Part shown: in pieces, positions 8,619-17,826 of the stretch | Numbering within the stretch: the stretch's first letter is position 1 | Layout: each line of letters starts with the position of its first letter | Source: Patescibacteria group bacterium | GTDB taxonomy: Bacteria; Patescibacteriota; Minisyncoccia; UBA6257; Brennerbacteraceae | NCBI GenBank assembly: GCA_040753135.1 | Contig: JBFMGR010000001.1 | Location: forward strand, 59,252 to 123,251 | Direction: 5' to 3' | Length of the DNA stretch: 64,000 nt | Program-made: the position numbers and the translations under genes | Notes under the pieces: generated by a model | Database searches by the model: none | What the model saw: only the letters and a program-made list of their open reading frames with translations | What the model was told of the DNA's origin: nothing

Positions 8619-9812
8619 ATGGCAGCAGAAAAATTTGAAAGAACAAAACCTCATCTCAATGTTGGCACGATTGGCCACGTTGATCATGGGAAAACTACTT
8701 TAACCGCGGCGATTACCAATGTTTTGGCAATGAAAGGGTTTGCCAAGGCTCACAGTTATGAAGAGATTGACAAGGCGCCGGAAGAAAAAGCCCGCGGCTT
8801 GACTATTAACCTTCACCATAACGAATATGAGTCAGAAAGCCGGCATTATGCCCACATTGATGCGCCCGGACATGCTGATTACATTAAGAATATGATTACC
8901 GGCGCGGCCCAGATGGACGGCGCAATTCTGGTGGTTTCGGCCCCGGACGGGCCAATGCCCCAGACCCGGGAGCATATCTTGCTTGCCCGTCAAGTTGGTG
9001 TGCCGGCGATTATTGTTTTTATGAATAAAGTTGATATGGTTGATGACCCGGAGTTGCTGGATTTGGTTGAAGCTGATATCCGTGAATTGTTGAAAAAATA
9101 TGAGTTTCCCGGCGACGAGATTCCGGTGATTCGCGGCTCTGCTTTAAAAGCCTCTGAAGCAAAAAGCTTGGAGGATCAGGCAGTCCAGCCGATTCTTGAG
9201 TTGGTTAAAGCTTTGGATGAATATGTCCCGGAGCCGGTTCGGGAAGTGGATAAGCCGTTCTTGATGCCGATTGAAGACATCTTCTCAATTGAAGGCCGGG
9301 GTACCGTAGTAACCGGAAGAATAGAACGGGGAATAATTAAAGTCAACGAAGAGGTTGAGATTATTGGGATTAAACCAACCGCTAAAACCGTGGTAACTGG
9401 GATTGAGATGTTTAATAAATCTCTTGATCAGGGCCAGGCGGGTGATAATGCCGGGATTCTGCTCCGAGGGACTAAAAAAGAAGATGTCCAAAGAGGGCAG
9501 GTGATTGCTAAGCCCTGTTCAGTAACGCCCCATTCAGAGTTTGAATGTGAAGTTTATGTTTTGAAGAAAGAAGAAGGCGGCCGACACACTGCTTTTGTTG
9601 GCGGTTATAAGCCCCAGTTTTATATCCGAACCACTGATGTAACCGGAGAGGTGACTTTGCCCGAAGGCAGGGAAATGGTTATGCCTGGAGACACGGCTAA
9701 TTTCAGCGTTAAGCTGATTTACCCGGTGGCTTTGGAAGAAAAACAGAGATTTGCTTTCCGAGAAGGCGGCAAAACTGTTGGCGCCGGCGTGGTAACCAAG
9801 ATTATTAAATAA
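8619..9812 (+). CDS. tuf: Elongation factor Tu.
   Basis: [22 protein letters not shown]; 397 aa. Confidence 0.95.
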   Translation: MAAEKFERTKPHLNVGTIGHVDHGKTTLTAAITNVLAMKGFAKAHSYEEIDKAPEEKARGLTINLHHNEYESESRHYAHIDAPGHADYIKNMITGAAQMDGAILVVSAPDGPMPQTREHILLARQVGVPAIIVFMNKVDMVDDPELLDLVEADIRELLKKYEFPGDEIPVIRGSALKASEAKSLEDQAVQPILELVKALDEYVPEPVREVDKPFLMPIEDIFSIEGRGTVVTGRIERGIIKVNEEVEIIGIKPTAKTVVTGIEMFNKSLDQGQAGDNAGILLRGTKKEDVQRGQVIAKPCSVTPHSEFECEVYVLKKEEGGRHTAFVGGYKPQFYIRTTDVTGEVTLPEGREMVMPGDTANFSVKLIYPVALEEKQRFAFREGGKTVGAGVVTKIIK

Positions 9813-9824
9813 CTCTGTTAATTA

Positions 9825-10154
9825 ATGCCTCAGGCAGCTGAACCTAAACAAAAGATGAGAATCAAGATTAGATCTTATGACCATAAGGTCATAGATAGTT
9901 CTTGCCGGTTGATTATTGAAACCGCGACCCGCTATGGCGCTGAAGTGGTTGGCCCGGTGCCTTTGCCGACCGAAGTGAAAAAATATACGGTTAATCGCTC
10001 CACTTTCGTTCATAAGGATTCGCGAGAGCAATTTGAAATGAGAATCCACAAACGGCTGATTGATATTTTAAACCCTTCAGCGAAAACCATTGAGGCATTA
10101 ACTAATTTAAGCTTGCCCGCCGGGACAGAGATTGAAGTTAAAATGGCAGTTTAA
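9825..10154 (+). CDS. rpsJ: 30S ribosomal protein S10 (alternative start at 9855, MRIKIRSYD).
   Basis: [15 protein letters not shown]…GPVPLPTE…[16 protein letters not shown]. Confidence 0.9.
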   Translation: MPQAAEPKQKMRIKIRSYDHKVIDSSCRLIIETATRYGAEVVGPVPLPTEVKKYTVNRSTFVHKDSREQFEMRIHKRLIDILNPSAKTIEALTNLSLPAGTEIEVKMAV

Positions 10155-10204
10155 CCAGAAAGGGTTTTCAGGAAATCAGGGTTCAGGTTTAAGCAAAAAT
10201 TAAT

Positions 10205-10235
10205 TGAAAAGCGTCCTGATCAGACGCTTTTCAAC
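10205..10235 (+). terminator. Perfect hairpin aaaagcgtc-tgatcag-gacgctttt between rpsJ and rplC; a terminator or attenuator candidate.
   Basis: 9-bp perfect stem flanked by A/T runs, in the 200-nt rpsJ–rplC spacer. Confidence 0.4.
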
Positions 10236-10357
10236 TTGCTATAAGGTTACTAATTCACGAATAATTACAAATTTACAAATGAATGCAAATTAATTTCTTA
10301 CCAATCATAGATTTATAGTATTCGTATATTGGTACAAATTCGTATTTTCGTAAAACT

Positions 10358-10978
10358 ATGAAGTTTATTTTAGGGAAAAAATTAGGCATGATGCAGATTT
10401 TTGAGCCGGAAACAAAAGCGGCTCTGCCGGTGACTTTGGTTGAAGCCGGTCCGGTTTTTATTACTCAGGTCAAAACCAAAGACAAAGACGGCTATTCGGC
10501 GGTCCAGGTTGGTTTTAGCAAGAAAAAAAAGTTGACCAAACCATTAAGAGGCCATTTAAAAAATTTAGGCAATCTGCATTATCTGCGCGAGTTTAGAATT
10601 AACCAAGGCGAAGAGGCTGAATTTGAAAAAGGGAAGGAGATTACGGTTGAGATTTTCGCTAAAGGAGAGAAAGTGGCTGTTTCCAGTTTTTCCAAAGGTC
10701 GGGGCTTTGCCGGTGTCGTTAAGCGGCACGGCTTTCACGGCGGGCCAAAAACCCATGGCCAAAAGCATAGCTTAAGGCGGCCGGGCTCAATCGGCGCGAC
10801 AACTCCCCAGCGAGTAATTAAAGGAACCAGAATGGCCGGCCATATGGGCGCAGAAAGAGTTACAGTTAAAGGATTGAAGGTTGTTGACCTGGATCCGGAA
10901 AAAAACATTCTATTTATTAAAGGCGCGATCCCGGGGCATTTTGGCAGTTTAGTCGAAATAAAGGGTTATAAAACATAG
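10358..10978 (+). CDS. rplC: 50S ribosomal protein L3.
   Basis: LGKKLGMMQIF…VTLVEAGP…FAGVVKRHGF. Confidence 0.9.
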   Translation: MKFILGKKLGMMQIFEPETKAALPVTLVEAGPVFITQVKTKDKDGYSAVQVGFSKKKKLTKPLRGHLKNLGNLHYLREFRINQGEEAEFEKGKEITVEIFAKGEKVAVSSFSKGRGFAGVVKRHGFHGGPKTHGQKHSLRRPGSIGATTPQRVIKGTRMAGHMGAERVTVKGLKVVDLDPEKNILFIKGAIPGHFGSLVEIKGYKT

Positions 10979-10981
10979 AAC

Positions 10982-11644
10982 ATGAAACGTGAAACTGGAA
11001 AAATAAAAGTCTCTGTCTGGAATTCTGAAGGGAAGATAGTTAAGGAAATAGAGTTGCCAGAAAATATTTTTGGCTTGGAACTGAACAATGATTTAATTCA
11101 TCAGGTTGTTTATGTTTTACGTTCAAATCAGCGCCAGCCGACTGCTCATGCCAAAACCAGGGCCGAAGTCAGCGGCGGCGGGAAAAAACCCTGGCGGCAG
11201 AAAGGCTTAGGCCGCGCCAGGCATGGCTCAATCCGGTCGCCGATCTGGGTTGGCGGCGGCGTTGCCCACGGGCCAACTAAAGAAAAATCTTATCAAAAGA
11301 AAATCAATAAAAAGATGAAGCAAAAAGCTTTGTTTCAGATTCTGTCTTCCAAGCTAAAGCAAAACCGATTTCTGATTTTAGAGGGAGAAATAAAACTCAA
11401 AGAGCCAAAAACTAAGCTGGCCGAAGCTTATTTGAAAAATATTTTAAAATCAGGAAGCAGGGCTAAAAAAACTTTGCTGGTTAATGATTTTGAATCTCCG
11501 ACCCAAGCCCGCGCTTTTTACAACCTCAATTATTTGAAAGTCATTCCGGTAAAGAATATTAATATTTTAGATTTGGTTAATTTTCCTTATTTATTAATGC
11601 CGGAGAGCGGTTTAGAAAATTTAATTAAGCATTTAACTAAATAA
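10982..11644 (+). CDS. rplD: 50S ribosomal protein L4.
   Basis: KPWRQKGLGRARHGSIRSPIWVGGGVAHGP. Confidence 0.9.
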   Translation: MKRETGKIKVSVWNSEGKIVKEIELPENIFGLELNNDLIHQVVYVLRSNQRQPTAHAKTRAEVSGGGKKPWRQKGLGRARHGSIRSPIWVGGGVAHGPTKEKSYQKKINKKMKQKALFQILSSKLKQNRFLILEGEIKLKEPKTKLAEAYLKNILKSGSRAKKTLLVNDFESPTQARAFYNLNYLKVIPVKNINILDLVNFPYLLMPESGLENLIKHLTK

Positions 11645-11645
11645 A

Positions 11646-12035
11646 ATGTCAGCTTTAGGAATTTTTAAAAAGACCAAAACAAAGAAAGCCAAAGCGAGCA
11701 AAAAAACAAATCTACCCAAGGCAGAAAAAAAAGCTTTGGCTCCGACTGGCGGCGGCAGCGGAACAAAAATTATTCTTGGGCATCCGCATCTGAGCGAAAA
11801 AGCCAGTTTGCTGAAAGAAAAGGATAATGCTTATGTTTTTGTGGTGAAGAATTCAGCTAATAAAAAATCAGTTGGACAAGAAGTAGAGAGATTTTACAAA
11901 GTTAAAGTCGAGAAAGTCAGAATTATTAATCTGCCGAAAAAACCAAAAAATCTCGGCCGGACCCAGGGTTATCGCCCGGGTTTTAAAAAAGCTTTAGTTT
12001 ATCTGGCTGCGGGGCAGAAGATTGATTTGTTTTAA
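11646..12035 (+). CDS. rplW: 50S ribosomal protein L23, with a Lys-rich N-terminal extension.
   Basis: The C-terminal half (YVFVV…VEKVRIIN…GYRPGFKKALVYL) matches L23; operon position agrees. Confidence 0.8.
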   Translation: MSALGIFKKTKTKKAKASKKTNLPKAEKKALAPTGGGSGTKIILGHPHLSEKASLLKEKDNAYVFVVKNSANKKSVGQEVERFYKVKVEKVRIINLPKKPKNLGRTQGYRPGFKKALVYLAAGQKIDLF

Positions 12036-12043
12036 AGTACACG

Positions 12044-12075
12044 AATAGCCTTAACGAATAGGCGCACACGAATTA
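12044..12075. repeat. 32-nt element cgaatagccttaacgaataggcgcacacgaat. An identical copy lies at 18388–18419.
   Basis: Exact 32-nt identity read directly; both copies sit just upstream of a ribosomal protein gene (rplB, rplR). Confidence 0.6.
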
Positions 12076-12114
12076 AGGCATTTGAGCTGAATATTAAAAT
12101 AAAATTGAATTATT

Positions 12115-12954
12115 ATGGCAATTAAAACCTCAAAACCAAAAACACCCGGAAGGCGGCACTATCAAGTGGTTGATTATTCTGGTTTGTCCAAGGTTAAACC
12201 GAAGAAATCTTTAGTTCAAGGCAAGAAAAAAACTGCCGGAAGAAACACTTTTGGCCGGATTACGGTTAGGCATCGGGGCGGCGGGGCGAAAAGGCGCTAT
12301 CGCTTAGTTGATTTTGGCGAGAAATTTCTCGGCTTGAGCGGAAAGATTGAGACTCTTGAGTATGACCCAAATCGGACTGCTTTTATCAGTTTGGTTTTGC
12401 TTAGCAATGGTAAAAGGGTTTATTTGCTGGCGCCGTCAGGCATTAAAGTTGGTGATACGATTGAGGTTGCTGAAAAAGCCGAGATTAAGATTGGCAACCG
12501 GATCCGTTTAGAAAATATCCCGGTTGGGACCCAGGTTTGCAATATTGAGCTTCATTCCGGCCAAAAAGGAAAATTAGCCCGTTCAGCCGGAGCTTATGCA
12601 ACAGTTATGGCTCATGAGGGGACATACACTCATCTTAAGCTGCCTTCAGGAGAGGTAAGAAAGGTTTCTTCTTCCGGGTTTGCGACGATTGGCCAGGTCT
12701 CTAATTTTGAGCATCGGTTGGTCAGTTTGGGACAGGCCGGCAGATCTAGATTAATGGGGCGGCGGCCAACAGTCAGAGGCAAAGCAATGAACCCAAGGGA
12801 CCATCCTTATGGGGGCGGCGAAGGCCGGACTACTCGGGGGACAAAAAGGCCAAAAGACAAGTGGGGTAATATTACCGGCGGAAGAAAAACCAGAAAAAAA
12901 AGAAAATGGTCAAATAAATTAATTCTTCAGCGCCGGCCGAAAAAGAAAAAATAA
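12115..12954 (+). CDS. rplB: 50S ribosomal protein L2.
   Basis: GRNTFGRITVRHRGGG…MNPRDHPYGGGEGR. Confidence 0.9.
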   Translation: MAIKTSKPKTPGRRHYQVVDYSGLSKVKPKKSLVQGKKKTAGRNTFGRITVRHRGGGAKRRYRLVDFGEKFLGLSGKIETLEYDPNRTAFISLVLLSNGKRVYLLAPSGIKVGDTIEVAEKAEIKIGNRIRLENIPVGTQVCNIELHSGQKGKLARSAGAYATVMAHEGTYTHLKLPSGEVRKVSSSGFATIGQVSNFEHRLVSLGQAGRSRLMGRRPTVRGKAMNPRDHPYGGGEGRTTRGTKRPKDKWGNITGGRKTRKKRKWSNKLILQRRPKKKK

Positions 12955-13043
12955 CCTGTTGGACTGGGGTTAAATAAACTGAAAAAATTTGCTATAATTA
13001 AACCTCAAATTTTGGGTTTTAAAGTTTTACAAAGCAAGAAAAT

Positions 13044-13343
13044 ATGTCAAGAAGTTTAAAAAAAGGACCATACGTTGACCAAAAATTGTTGAAAAAAGCA
13101 GCCAAACTGAAACCCGGAGACAAAACCGTGATTAAGACTTGGTCAAGAGACTGCACCATTGTCCCGGAAATGGTTGGTCTTACTTTTGGGGTTCATAATG
13201 GCAAAGACTTTATTCCCGTGGCAGTAATTGAGGAGATGGTTGGGCATAAATTAGGCGAATTTTCTCCAACCAGAAAGTTTATTAAACATGGCGGCAAAAA
13301 GCAAAAAGCTTTAGAGGCAGCCAAACAAAAACCGACTAAATAA
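13044..13343 (+). CDS. rpsS: 30S ribosomal protein S19.
   Basis: [12 protein letters not shown]…[10 protein letters not shown]. Confidence 0.9.
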   Translation: MSRSLKKGPYVDQKLLKKAAKLKPGDKTVIKTWSRDCTIVPEMVGLTFGVHNGKDFIPVAVIEEMVGHKLGEFSPTRKFIKHGGKKQKALEAAKQKPTK

Positions 13344-13375
13344 TTTAATTATCATCAGTAAAAGCATTAGTAAAA

Positions 13376-13503
13376 TTTTATGGATCCCGTTAGAAATTCA
13401 ACCATGATTAAACGAATCAAATTTTTAACCAAAATAAAGTCAACTATTGTCTTTATTTTTTCGAATAATGAATTAACCTTCTTAAATTTCTAACAGGATG
13501 GAC
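13376..13503 (+). mobile_element. MITE-like element (~125 bp) with ~13-bp terminal inverted repeats (cc[c/t]gttagaaatt / aatttctaac[a/g]gg). A second copy lies at 41174–41301. It ends in the ATG of rplV.
   Basis: The two copies are ~75% identical over ~125 nt with conserved inverted termini. The downstream gene's start codon lies inside the 3' terminal repeat (ggATGg). Confidence 0.6.
13380..13493 (+). CDS. Conserved 37-aa small ORF inside the MITE (MDPVRNSTMIKRIKFLTKIKSTIVFIFSNNELTFLNF). Its stop lies 4 nt before the rplV ATG.
   Basis: Frame and length are preserved in the second copy, and many of the nucleotide differences are synonymous. Confidence 0.45.
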   Translation: MDPVRNSTMIKRIKFLTKIKSTIVFIFSNNELTFLNF

Positions 13504-14007
13504 AAAGTTGTTGCTAAATTAAAATATTTAAGAGTTGCCCCGAAAAAGGTCAGGCAAGTAGCCCGCCTGCTCAAGGGGATGAGTTTTGTTGAGGCTGAAT
13601 CCCAGTTAAAGTTTTTGCCCCAGAAAAGCGTTAAACCTTTGTATAAATTATTGATTTCTGCCGGAGCCAACGCAGAAAACAATTACAATCTTTCTCGGGC
13701 CGATCTTTTTGTTGAAAATATTTTGGTTGATCCGGGTCCGACTTTGAAAAGAATGAGAGCCCGGGCAAGAGGGATGGCGGCGCCGATTAGAAAAAGAAGC
13801 TCGCATATTACTTTATTTTTGTCTCCAATCCGGGGCAAACAACTCAAGCGAGTTGCTAAAAAACAAAGTTTAAAGATGAAAAAGCCAAAAAAATCAGCTA
13901 TTCGGTCAGAAAAAGCCGGTTCCCCTCCTAGGCGGCCGATGAAAAAAGAAAGGTTGGCTAAGGCAAGCGGAGTGAAACAGAAAGTTTTTCGGAGAAAGGC
14001 AATTTAA
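13498..14007 (+). CDS. rplV: 50S ribosomal protein L22 with a basic C-terminal extension.
   Basis: AKLKYLRVAPKKVRQVARLLKG…AESQLKFLP…MAAPIRKRSSHITL. Confidence 0.85.
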   Translation: MDKVVAKLKYLRVAPKKVRQVARLLKGMSFVEAESQLKFLPQKSVKPLYKLLISAGANAENNYNLSRADLFVENILVDPGPTLKRMRARARGMAAPIRKRSSHITLFLSPIRGKQLKRVAKKQSLKMKKPKKSAIRSEKAGSPPRRPMKKERLAKASGVKQKVFRRKAI

Positions 14008-14140
14008 AAGGCTGCTAATATACAAATTGATACTAATATACCAATATTAAAACTTGTAAATTGATTCAGTTATATTTATAGATAAATTAATGAGATTAAA
14101 TAATTTGTAGATTTGTAATTATTCGTAAATTTGTAACTTT

Positions 14141-14830
14141 ATGACGCATAAGACTAATCCAATTTCACATCGTTTAGGGATTTTTGAAAACTGGCGTTCC
14201 CGATATTTCAAACGGAAAGATTTGGGTTTTCTTTTAGAAGAAGACCATCTAATTCGAGATTTAATTGATAAAAAGTTCAAACGTTCCGGAATTGAGAGAA
14301 TTGAGATTGAGAGAAGCGGCCAAGAGGTAAAGCTGTTTATTTTTTCCGCCCGGCCCGGGTTTATTATCGGTCGAGGCGGCACCGGAATTAATGATCTTCG
14401 CCAGGAGCTGGAAAAAAATATCAGCAAGCTTCGACAGAAAAATAATTACAGCCAAGACTTTGTTCTTCAGATTAGCGTTGAAGAGGTGAAAAAACCCGAA
14501 ATCTCTGCCCGGATTGTTTCAGAAAACATTGCTTTGGCTTTGGAGAAAAGAGCCCCTTTCCGGCGGGTGATGAAAAGCACTTTGAGCAAAATTATGAGCT
14601 ATAAAGAGGTTAAAGGGGCAAAGATTTTAGTTTCCGGCCGCTTGGGCGGAGTTGAGATCTCCCGAACCGAATGGTTAAGCGACGGTAAAATTCCTTTGAT
14701 TACTTTAAGGTCAAAGATTGATTATACTGAAAATCGGGCTTATTGCAGTTATGGGGTTCTTGGGATTAAAGTCTGGATTTATAAAGGTGAGCAGACGGAT
14801 TTTGATGAAACTAAAAAATTAGAGATTTAG
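14141..14830 (+). CDS. rpsC: 30S ribosomal protein S3.
   Basis: KH domain GIERIEIERSG…RPGFIIGRGG; 229 aa. Confidence 0.9.
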   Translation: MTHKTNPISHRLGIFENWRSRYFKRKDLGFLLEEDHLIRDLIDKKFKRSGIERIEIERSGQEVKLFIFSARPGFIIGRGGTGINDLRQELEKNISKLRQKNNYSQDFVLQISVEEVKKPEISARIVSENIALALEKRAPFRRVMKSTLSKIMSYKEVKGAKILVSGRLGGVEISRTEWLSDGKIPLITLRSKIDYTENRAYCSYGVLGIKVWIYKGEQTDFDETKKLEI

Positions 14831-14834
14831 CAAT

Positions 14835-15248
14835 ATGCTGGCGCCGAAAAAAATAAAACACAGAAAATGGCACAAAGGCCGTTCAAGAAAAAGAGTTAAA
14901 GAAACCCGAGGCACAGAATTGGCTTTCGGCTCTTTTGGAATCCAGTCCTTAGAAGCAAAATGGCTAACCGCGAACCAAATTGAAGCAGCTAGAAAAGTGA
15001 TTTCCAAACGGGTGAAAAAAGGCGGCAAGATGTGGATTCGAGTCTTTCCGGACAAGCCGGTAACCAAAAAACCGCCTGAAGTAACTATGGGCAGCGGCAA
15101 GGGCGCGGTTGATCATTATGTTTTTCCGGTTCGGCCCGGGCGGATTATTTTTGAGGTTGACGGGGTGACAAGAGAAATCGCAGTTGAGTCTTTGAAACAG
15201 GCTGGTTATAAGCTTCCGTTTAAAACCAGAGTGGTTAGCCGAAATTAG
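14835..15248 (+). CDS. rplP: 50S ribosomal protein L16.
   Basis: MLAPKKIKHRKWHKGR…. Confidence 0.9.
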   Translation: MLAPKKIKHRKWHKGRSRKRVKETRGTELAFGSFGIQSLEAKWLTANQIEAARKVISKRVKKGGKMWIRVFPDKPVTKKPPEVTMGSGKGAVDHYVFPVRPGRIIFEVDGVTREIAVESLKQAGYKLPFKTRVVSRN

Positions 15249-15259
15249 CGTTTAAGTCA

Positions 15260-15466
15260 ATGGCAACGATGAAAAATAAAGATTTAGAGAATAAAACCGA
15301 GTTAGAATTAGTTAATTTAATTCAAGAACTGATAGTTAAGCAGCGGAACTTGAAATTTGACTTGAAAATGGGTAAATTACAAAACATCTCTTTGCTGTCG
15401 AAAACAAGGAAACAGCTTGCCCAAGCAAAGACAATTTTAAAGATGAAATATGGAAGAAAAATCTAA
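15260..15466 (+). CDS. rpmC: 50S ribosomal protein L29.
   Basis: 68 aa, helical, in the operon position between rplP and rpsQ. Confidence 0.8.
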   Translation: MATMKNKDLENKTELELVNLIQELIVKQRNLKFDLKMGKLQNISLLSKTRKQLAQAKTILKMKYGRKI

Positions 15467-15710
15467 ACCAGTAAAAAAAAGAAGATTAAAAGGAGAAGTG
15501 GTTTCAGCCAAAATGGAGCAGACCGCGGTGGTTTTGGTTAAGCGAGTAAAGCATCATAAGCTTTACAAAAAAAGAATTAAATTTTCCCAACGGTTTAAAG
15601 CTCATAATCTCGGAAACCGGTATCGCGAAGGGGATTTTGTTGAAATTCAGGAAACCCGGCCGCTTTCTAAAGAAAAACGCTGGGAGATTATCGGTAAAAC
15701 CAAGAAATAA
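15450..15710 (+). CDS. rpsQ: 30S ribosomal protein S17.
   Basis: GEVVSAKMEQTAVVLVKRVKHHKLYKKRIK…. Confidence 0.85.
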   Translation: MEEKSKPVKKRRLKGEVVSAKMEQTAVVLVKRVKHHKLYKKRIKFSQRFKAHNLGNRYREGDFVEIQETRPLSKEKRWEIIGKTKK

Positions 15711-15800
15711 TTATTAAAATTACGAAGATATAAATCAAGACAAAATATACAAATATCAAATTCGCAGATTCGTAATAATTTGTAAATTAGTAACCTTATT

Positions 15801-16169
15801 ATGATTCAGTTAAGAACAATGTTAAGAGTGGCGGATAATAGCGGAGCAAAATTAGTCCAATGCTTTCGGGTTTATGGCGGTTCAGCTAAGAAATACGGAG
15901 AGATCGGTGATATTGTGATGGTGGCGGTTAAAGAAGCAGAACCAAGAAAACCGGTGAAAAAACATGATAAAGTCAAGGCAGTGATTGTCCGCCAGCGAAA
16001 GTCCAAAAGAAGAAAGGACGGCTCTTATATCCGTTTTGATGACAATGCCGTGGTGATTTTGGATAAAGGCAAACTGCCTAAAGGCGGAAGGATTTTCGGC
16101 CCGATTGCCAGAGAGATAAAGGAAAAGGGTTTTGACAAAATTGTTTCTTTAGCCGGAGAAATTCTTTAA
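15801..16169 (+). CDS. rplN: 50S ribosomal protein L14.
   Basis: [17 protein letters not shown]…. Confidence 0.9.
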   Translation: MIQLRTMLRVADNSGAKLVQCFRVYGGSAKKYGEIGDIVMVAVKEAEPRKPVKKHDKVKAVIVRQRKSKRRKDGSYIRFDDNAVVILDKGKLPKGGRIFGPIAREIKEKGFDKIVSLAGEIL

Positions 16170-16207
16170 AGCCGTAAAAGTATAAAAATTTGTAGATTTG
16201 TAATTTT

Positions 16208-16528
16208 ATGACACAGCCAAAATTAAAAATTAAAAAAGGCGACCTGGTCCGGGCGATTTCCGGAAAAGACAAAGGCAAGCAAGGAAAAGTAATTCGAGTT
16301 ATCCCAAGCAAGCGCAAAGCAATAGTTGAAGGGCTGTTTTTAGTTAAGAAAATTAGGCGGCCAAAAAAAGCCGGAGAAAAAGGCGAAATTATTGATTTGC
16401 CCCAGCCGGTTGATTTAGCTAAATTGATGCTGGTTTGCTCTTCTTGTTCAAAGCCGGTTCGGATCGGCTATGTTGTTGAAGGTAAGAATAAATCCCGAAT
16501 TTGTAAAAAATGCCAAGCAAAAATATGA
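16208..16528 (+). CDS. rplX: 50S ribosomal protein L24 (KOW domain) with a C-terminal CxxC…CxxC zinc ribbon.
   Basis: KIKKGDLVRAISGKDKGKQGKV; C-terminus CSSCSKP…CKKC. Confidence 0.85.
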   Translation: MTQPKLKIKKGDLVRAISGKDKGKQGKVIRVIPSKRKAIVEGLFLVKKIRRPKKAGEKGEIIDLPQPVDLAKLMLVCSSCSKPVRIGYVVEGKNKSRICKKCQAKI

Positions 16529-17082
16529 GTTTGAAACAAAAATTTGAAAATGAGATTGCCGCCGAGTTGAAAAAAAAGCTTGGCTTAGGTAATATATACC
16601 AGATTCCCAAGATAGAAAAAGTCGTGGTTAACTGCGGGATCGGGCGGTTAGTTTCTGGCGAAGATAAAAAGAGCCAGAAGAATCAGGTGCTTGATGAAGT
16701 TTCCGAACTCCTAAGTTTGATTACCGGCCAAAAACCGCGCTTAAATCAAGCAAAGAAATCAATTGCCGGGTTTAAATTAAGGCAGGGAGAGACAATCGGC
16801 CTGTCAGTTACTTTAAGGGGCCAGAGAATGTATGATTTTTTAGAGCGGTTTTTGAATTTAGTTTTGCCTCAAGTTAGGGATTTTCGAGGGATTCCTCAAA
16901 AATCAGTTTCTCAAAACGGGATTTTAAATTTTGGGATTAAAGAGCATATTGTTTTTCCGGAAACAATGGAAAAAGATTTTAGCCGTCTTTACGGTTTGCA
17001 GATTACTGTTGTTCCCCAAGTAAGAGATCGGGACCAGGCCCTAGAGCTTTATCAATTAATGAGTTTTCCCTTTCAAAGGTAG
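16510..17082 (+). CDS. rplE: 50S ribosomal protein L5.
   Basis: 190 aa in operon position; contains motifs such as NIYQIPKIEKVVVN. Confidence 0.9.
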   Translation: MPSKNMSLKQKFENEIAAELKKKLGLGNIYQIPKIEKVVVNCGIGRLVSGEDKKSQKNQVLDEVSELLSLITGQKPRLNQAKKSIAGFKLRQGETIGLSVTLRGQRMYDFLERFLNLVLPQVRDFRGIPQKSVSQNGILNFGIKEHIVFPETMEKDFSRLYGLQITVVPQVRDRDQALELYQLMSFPFQR

Positions 17083-17102
17083 CTTTTATTTAACGATATT
17101 GT

Positions 17103-17288
17103 ATGGCGAAAAAATCAGTTATTGCCCGGGCAAAGAAAAAGCCCAAATACTCAACCAGAATAGTCAGGCGCTGTTTTCGTTGTGGCCGGAAAAGGGGTTA
17201 TTTAAGGGATTTTAATCTTTGCCGGATCTGCTTTCGGGAAATGGCTAGCCAAGGATTGATTCCGGGCGTAAAAAAATCCAGCTGGTAA
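17103..17288 (+). CDS. rpsZ: 30S ribosomal protein S14 type Z (zinc-binding).
   Basis: 61 aa with CFRCGR…CRIC. Confidence 0.9.
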   Translation: MAKKSVIARAKKKPKYSTRIVRRCFRCGRKRGYLRDFNLCRICFREMASQGLIPGVKKSSW

Positions 17289-17442
17289 GAAGGTAATCGC
17301 GAATATACGAATCAACACAAATATACAAATATCTATCATTTATTTATATCATTTATATGAGTCTCACAAAGTGTATAACATTGAGAGTTGTCTATAATGG
17401 TATTGGTATTATTAGTATTTATTAGTACATTAGTAGGATTAT

Positions 17443-17823
17443 ATGGATACGATTGCTAACATGCTCACCTCAATCAGAAATGCCCAGGCAGTTAAAAAAG
17501 AAACTGTTAAAGTTCCTTATTCTAAATTTAAGTCTGAATTAGCCGAAGTTCTTAATGGCTTGGGTTTTATTAGCGCTGTCGGCCGAGGCGGGAAAAAAGA
17601 AAAAAAATATTTAGAGATAACTTTAAAATATAATGATGGTCAAGGAGCAATCAGCCAACTGAAAAGGATTTCTAAACCGGGCCAAAGGCTGTATTCTGGG
17701 TTTGCCGATTTTCGCTGGCCCAGGGGAGCGATTTTAATCGTTTCAACTCCCAAGGGCTTAATGACAGGCGAGCAGGCAAAGAAAAACAAGCTTGGCGGAG
17801 AATTAATTTGCTTAATCAGTTAA
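17443..17823 (+). CDS. rpsH: 30S ribosomal protein S8.
   Basis: DTIANMLTSIRNAQ…. Confidence 0.9.
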   Translation: MDTIANMLTSIRNAQAVKKETVKVPYSKFKSELAEVLNGLGFISAVGRGGKKEKKYLEITLKYNDGQGAISQLKRISKPGQRLYSGFADFRWPRGAILIVSTPKGLMTGEQAKKNKLGGELICLIS

Positions 17824-17826
17824 TTT

